A stretch of DNA of 64,000 bases from an uncultured Spirochaetales bacterium. GTDB lineage: Bacteria; Spirochaetota; Spirochaetia; SZUA-6. Location: NCBI GenBank assembly GCA_964596425.1, contig CAZQTC010000023.1:581367-645366 (forward strand), written 5' to 3'. This document shows, in pieces, positions 63,041-64,000 of this stretch. Within the stretch, counting starts at the first letter, position 1, and each line of letters opens with the position of its first letter. The position numbers and the translations under genes are program-made. The notes below the pieces were generated by a model that did not search any database, was not told where the DNA came from, and saw only the letters and a program-made list of their open reading frames with translations.

Positions 63041-64000
63041 ATGAAGAGTAATATGACAAAAGTAAGGAATCAACAATCACTCAGAGCTCACAATCGAATA
63101 AATATCCTAAATCTCATTCGTGAAAAGGGAAAAATTTCCAGAGTAGATATCTCTAATCAATTCTCAATCGATAAAAAAACCGTATCTAATATCGTTGACT
63201 CGCTCATAAGAGAGTCACTCGTGACATCTGCGGGGTTCAAAGAGTCGGTAGCTGGTCGGCGTCAGGAGCTTCTACAGATAAACGGTTCCCATACCAACTA
63301 CATTGGCATAGATCTTGGGGCGACCCACATTATTGGCATTCTAACAGACCTAAACGCCAAAACTTTAGATAGAGTTTACTACGAAATACGGCCAGGCCTC
63401 TCCGTAGAACTTATTATCAATCAGATGAAAACAATACTCGACAAATTACTACACTCAAAAAATGCAACGGCCCCTATTGAATCCGTCGGTATATGCGTCC
63501 CTGGATTTATCAACCCTAAAGCCGGTATATCAATAATCTCCGAAAACATACCAGGCTGGCAGGATGTGAACCTAAAGGAAATTTTTAAACGCGAAATTAA
63601 CAAACCGATTTATTTGGAAGATTCCTCACGCACCCTTGGATTGGCGGAGAAATGGTTAGGACACGGAAGAAATCAAAAAAATTTCATAGTACTGGATCTT
63701 GGATATGGGATCGGAATGGCCATCTTTATCGATGGCAAACTCTATACCGGATATTCTTACAAATCTGGAGAAATAGGTCATACTATAGTAAAAGTAGATG
63801 GTGAAAAATGTGTATGTGGGAACAGAGGATGTCTAGAAACAGTTGCCTCTGGAAAAGCCATAGCCAAAGAGGCTCTAAGAGCGATCAAAGAAAAAAAATC
63901 AGAGATTCTCTATGGTTTAACACATGGAAAGGCAGAATCGGTAACAGCACAGGACGTTTCCATAGCAGCAAGTATGGGGGATAAATTTTCAATTAATCTA
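63041..64000 (+). CDS. ROK-family transcriptional regulator (NagC/Mlc-like), C-terminus beyond the window
   Basis: Not in the supplied ORF track because it runs off the end. Reads MKSNMTKVRNQQSLRAHNRINILNLIREKGKISRVDI... (wHTH) followed by ROK motifs (GIDLGATH; CVCGNRGCLE). Confidence 0.8.
   Translation, partial: MKSNMTKVRNQQSLRAHNRINILNLIREKGKISRVDISNQFSIDKKTVSNIVDSLIRESLVTSAGFKESVAGRRQELLQINGSHTNYIGIDLGATHIIGILTDLNAKTLDRVYYEIRPGLSVELIINQMKTILDKLLHSKNATAPIESVGICVPGFINPKAGISIISENIPGWQDVNLKEIFKREINKPIYLEDSSRTLGLAEKWLGHGRNQKNFIVLDLGYGIGMAIFIDGKLYTGYSYKSGEIGHTIVKVDGEKCVCGNRGCLETVASGKAIAKEALRAIKEKKSEILYGLTHGKAESVTAQDVSIAASMGDKFSINL

Overview
Window from a bacterial chromosome, probably an uncultivated or thermophile-like diderm glycan degrader: low-to-moderate GC, K/E/I-rich proteins, an LptD-like outer-membrane protein, and GH57 enzymes. 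No rRNA, tRNA, CRISPR array or obvious mobile element was found.

Gene content by region:
- 1-9.1 kb (minus strand): tpiA (partial), pgk and gap with a strong sigma70-like promoter; a TPR protein; and the conserved corC-like/ybeY/7TM-HD/phoH cluster.
- 9.2-15.6 kb (minus strand): a 1113-aa LptD-like protein and uvrA.
- 15.7-16.6 kb: ispH, the only plus-strand gene in the first 42 kb.
- 16.6-23.3 kb (minus strand): a Na+-translocating NADH:quinone reductase cluster nqrB-C-D-E-F with no nqrA and an apparent frameshift in nqrB, a 155-aa unknown protein at the operon tail, a SHOCT membrane protein, and a CPA-type cation/H+ antiporter fused to CBS domains.
- 23.3-37.6 kb: a ~14 kb minus-strand maltodextrin/alpha-glucan operon: alpha-glucan phosphorylase, malEFG-like ABC transporter, a 1076-aa secreted GH57 enzyme, a second GH57, a GH13 enzyme and a LacI regulator. 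Repeated AAACCG(A/G)T / ATCGGTTT motifs lie upstream.
- 37.8-64 kb: an accessory-looking catabolic island.
  - two tandem paralogous small Cys-rich proteins;
  - four oxidoreductases (Gfo/Idh/MocA, SDR, AKR, SDR);
  - two Cys-type sulfatases, one frameshifted;
  - an amidohydrolase-2, an MFS transporter and an FAD flavoprotein;
  - a second sugar ABC transporter;
  - a class-III aminotransferase, a URO-D/MtaA-family protein and a Gfo/Idh/MocA oxidoreductase;
  - a plus-strand operon degT-aminotransferase / Zn-ADH / nagA / ceramidase-like amidase / DapA-NanA-family lyase, followed by a ROK regulator (partial at window end).

The most interesting hypothesis is that 54.8-64 kb encodes an undescribed catabolic route for a di-N-acylated amino sugar or nonulosonic acid, with a sulfatase/oxidoreductase module nearby. 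Both internal frameshifts sit in A5 homopolymers, so assembly error is a live possibility.
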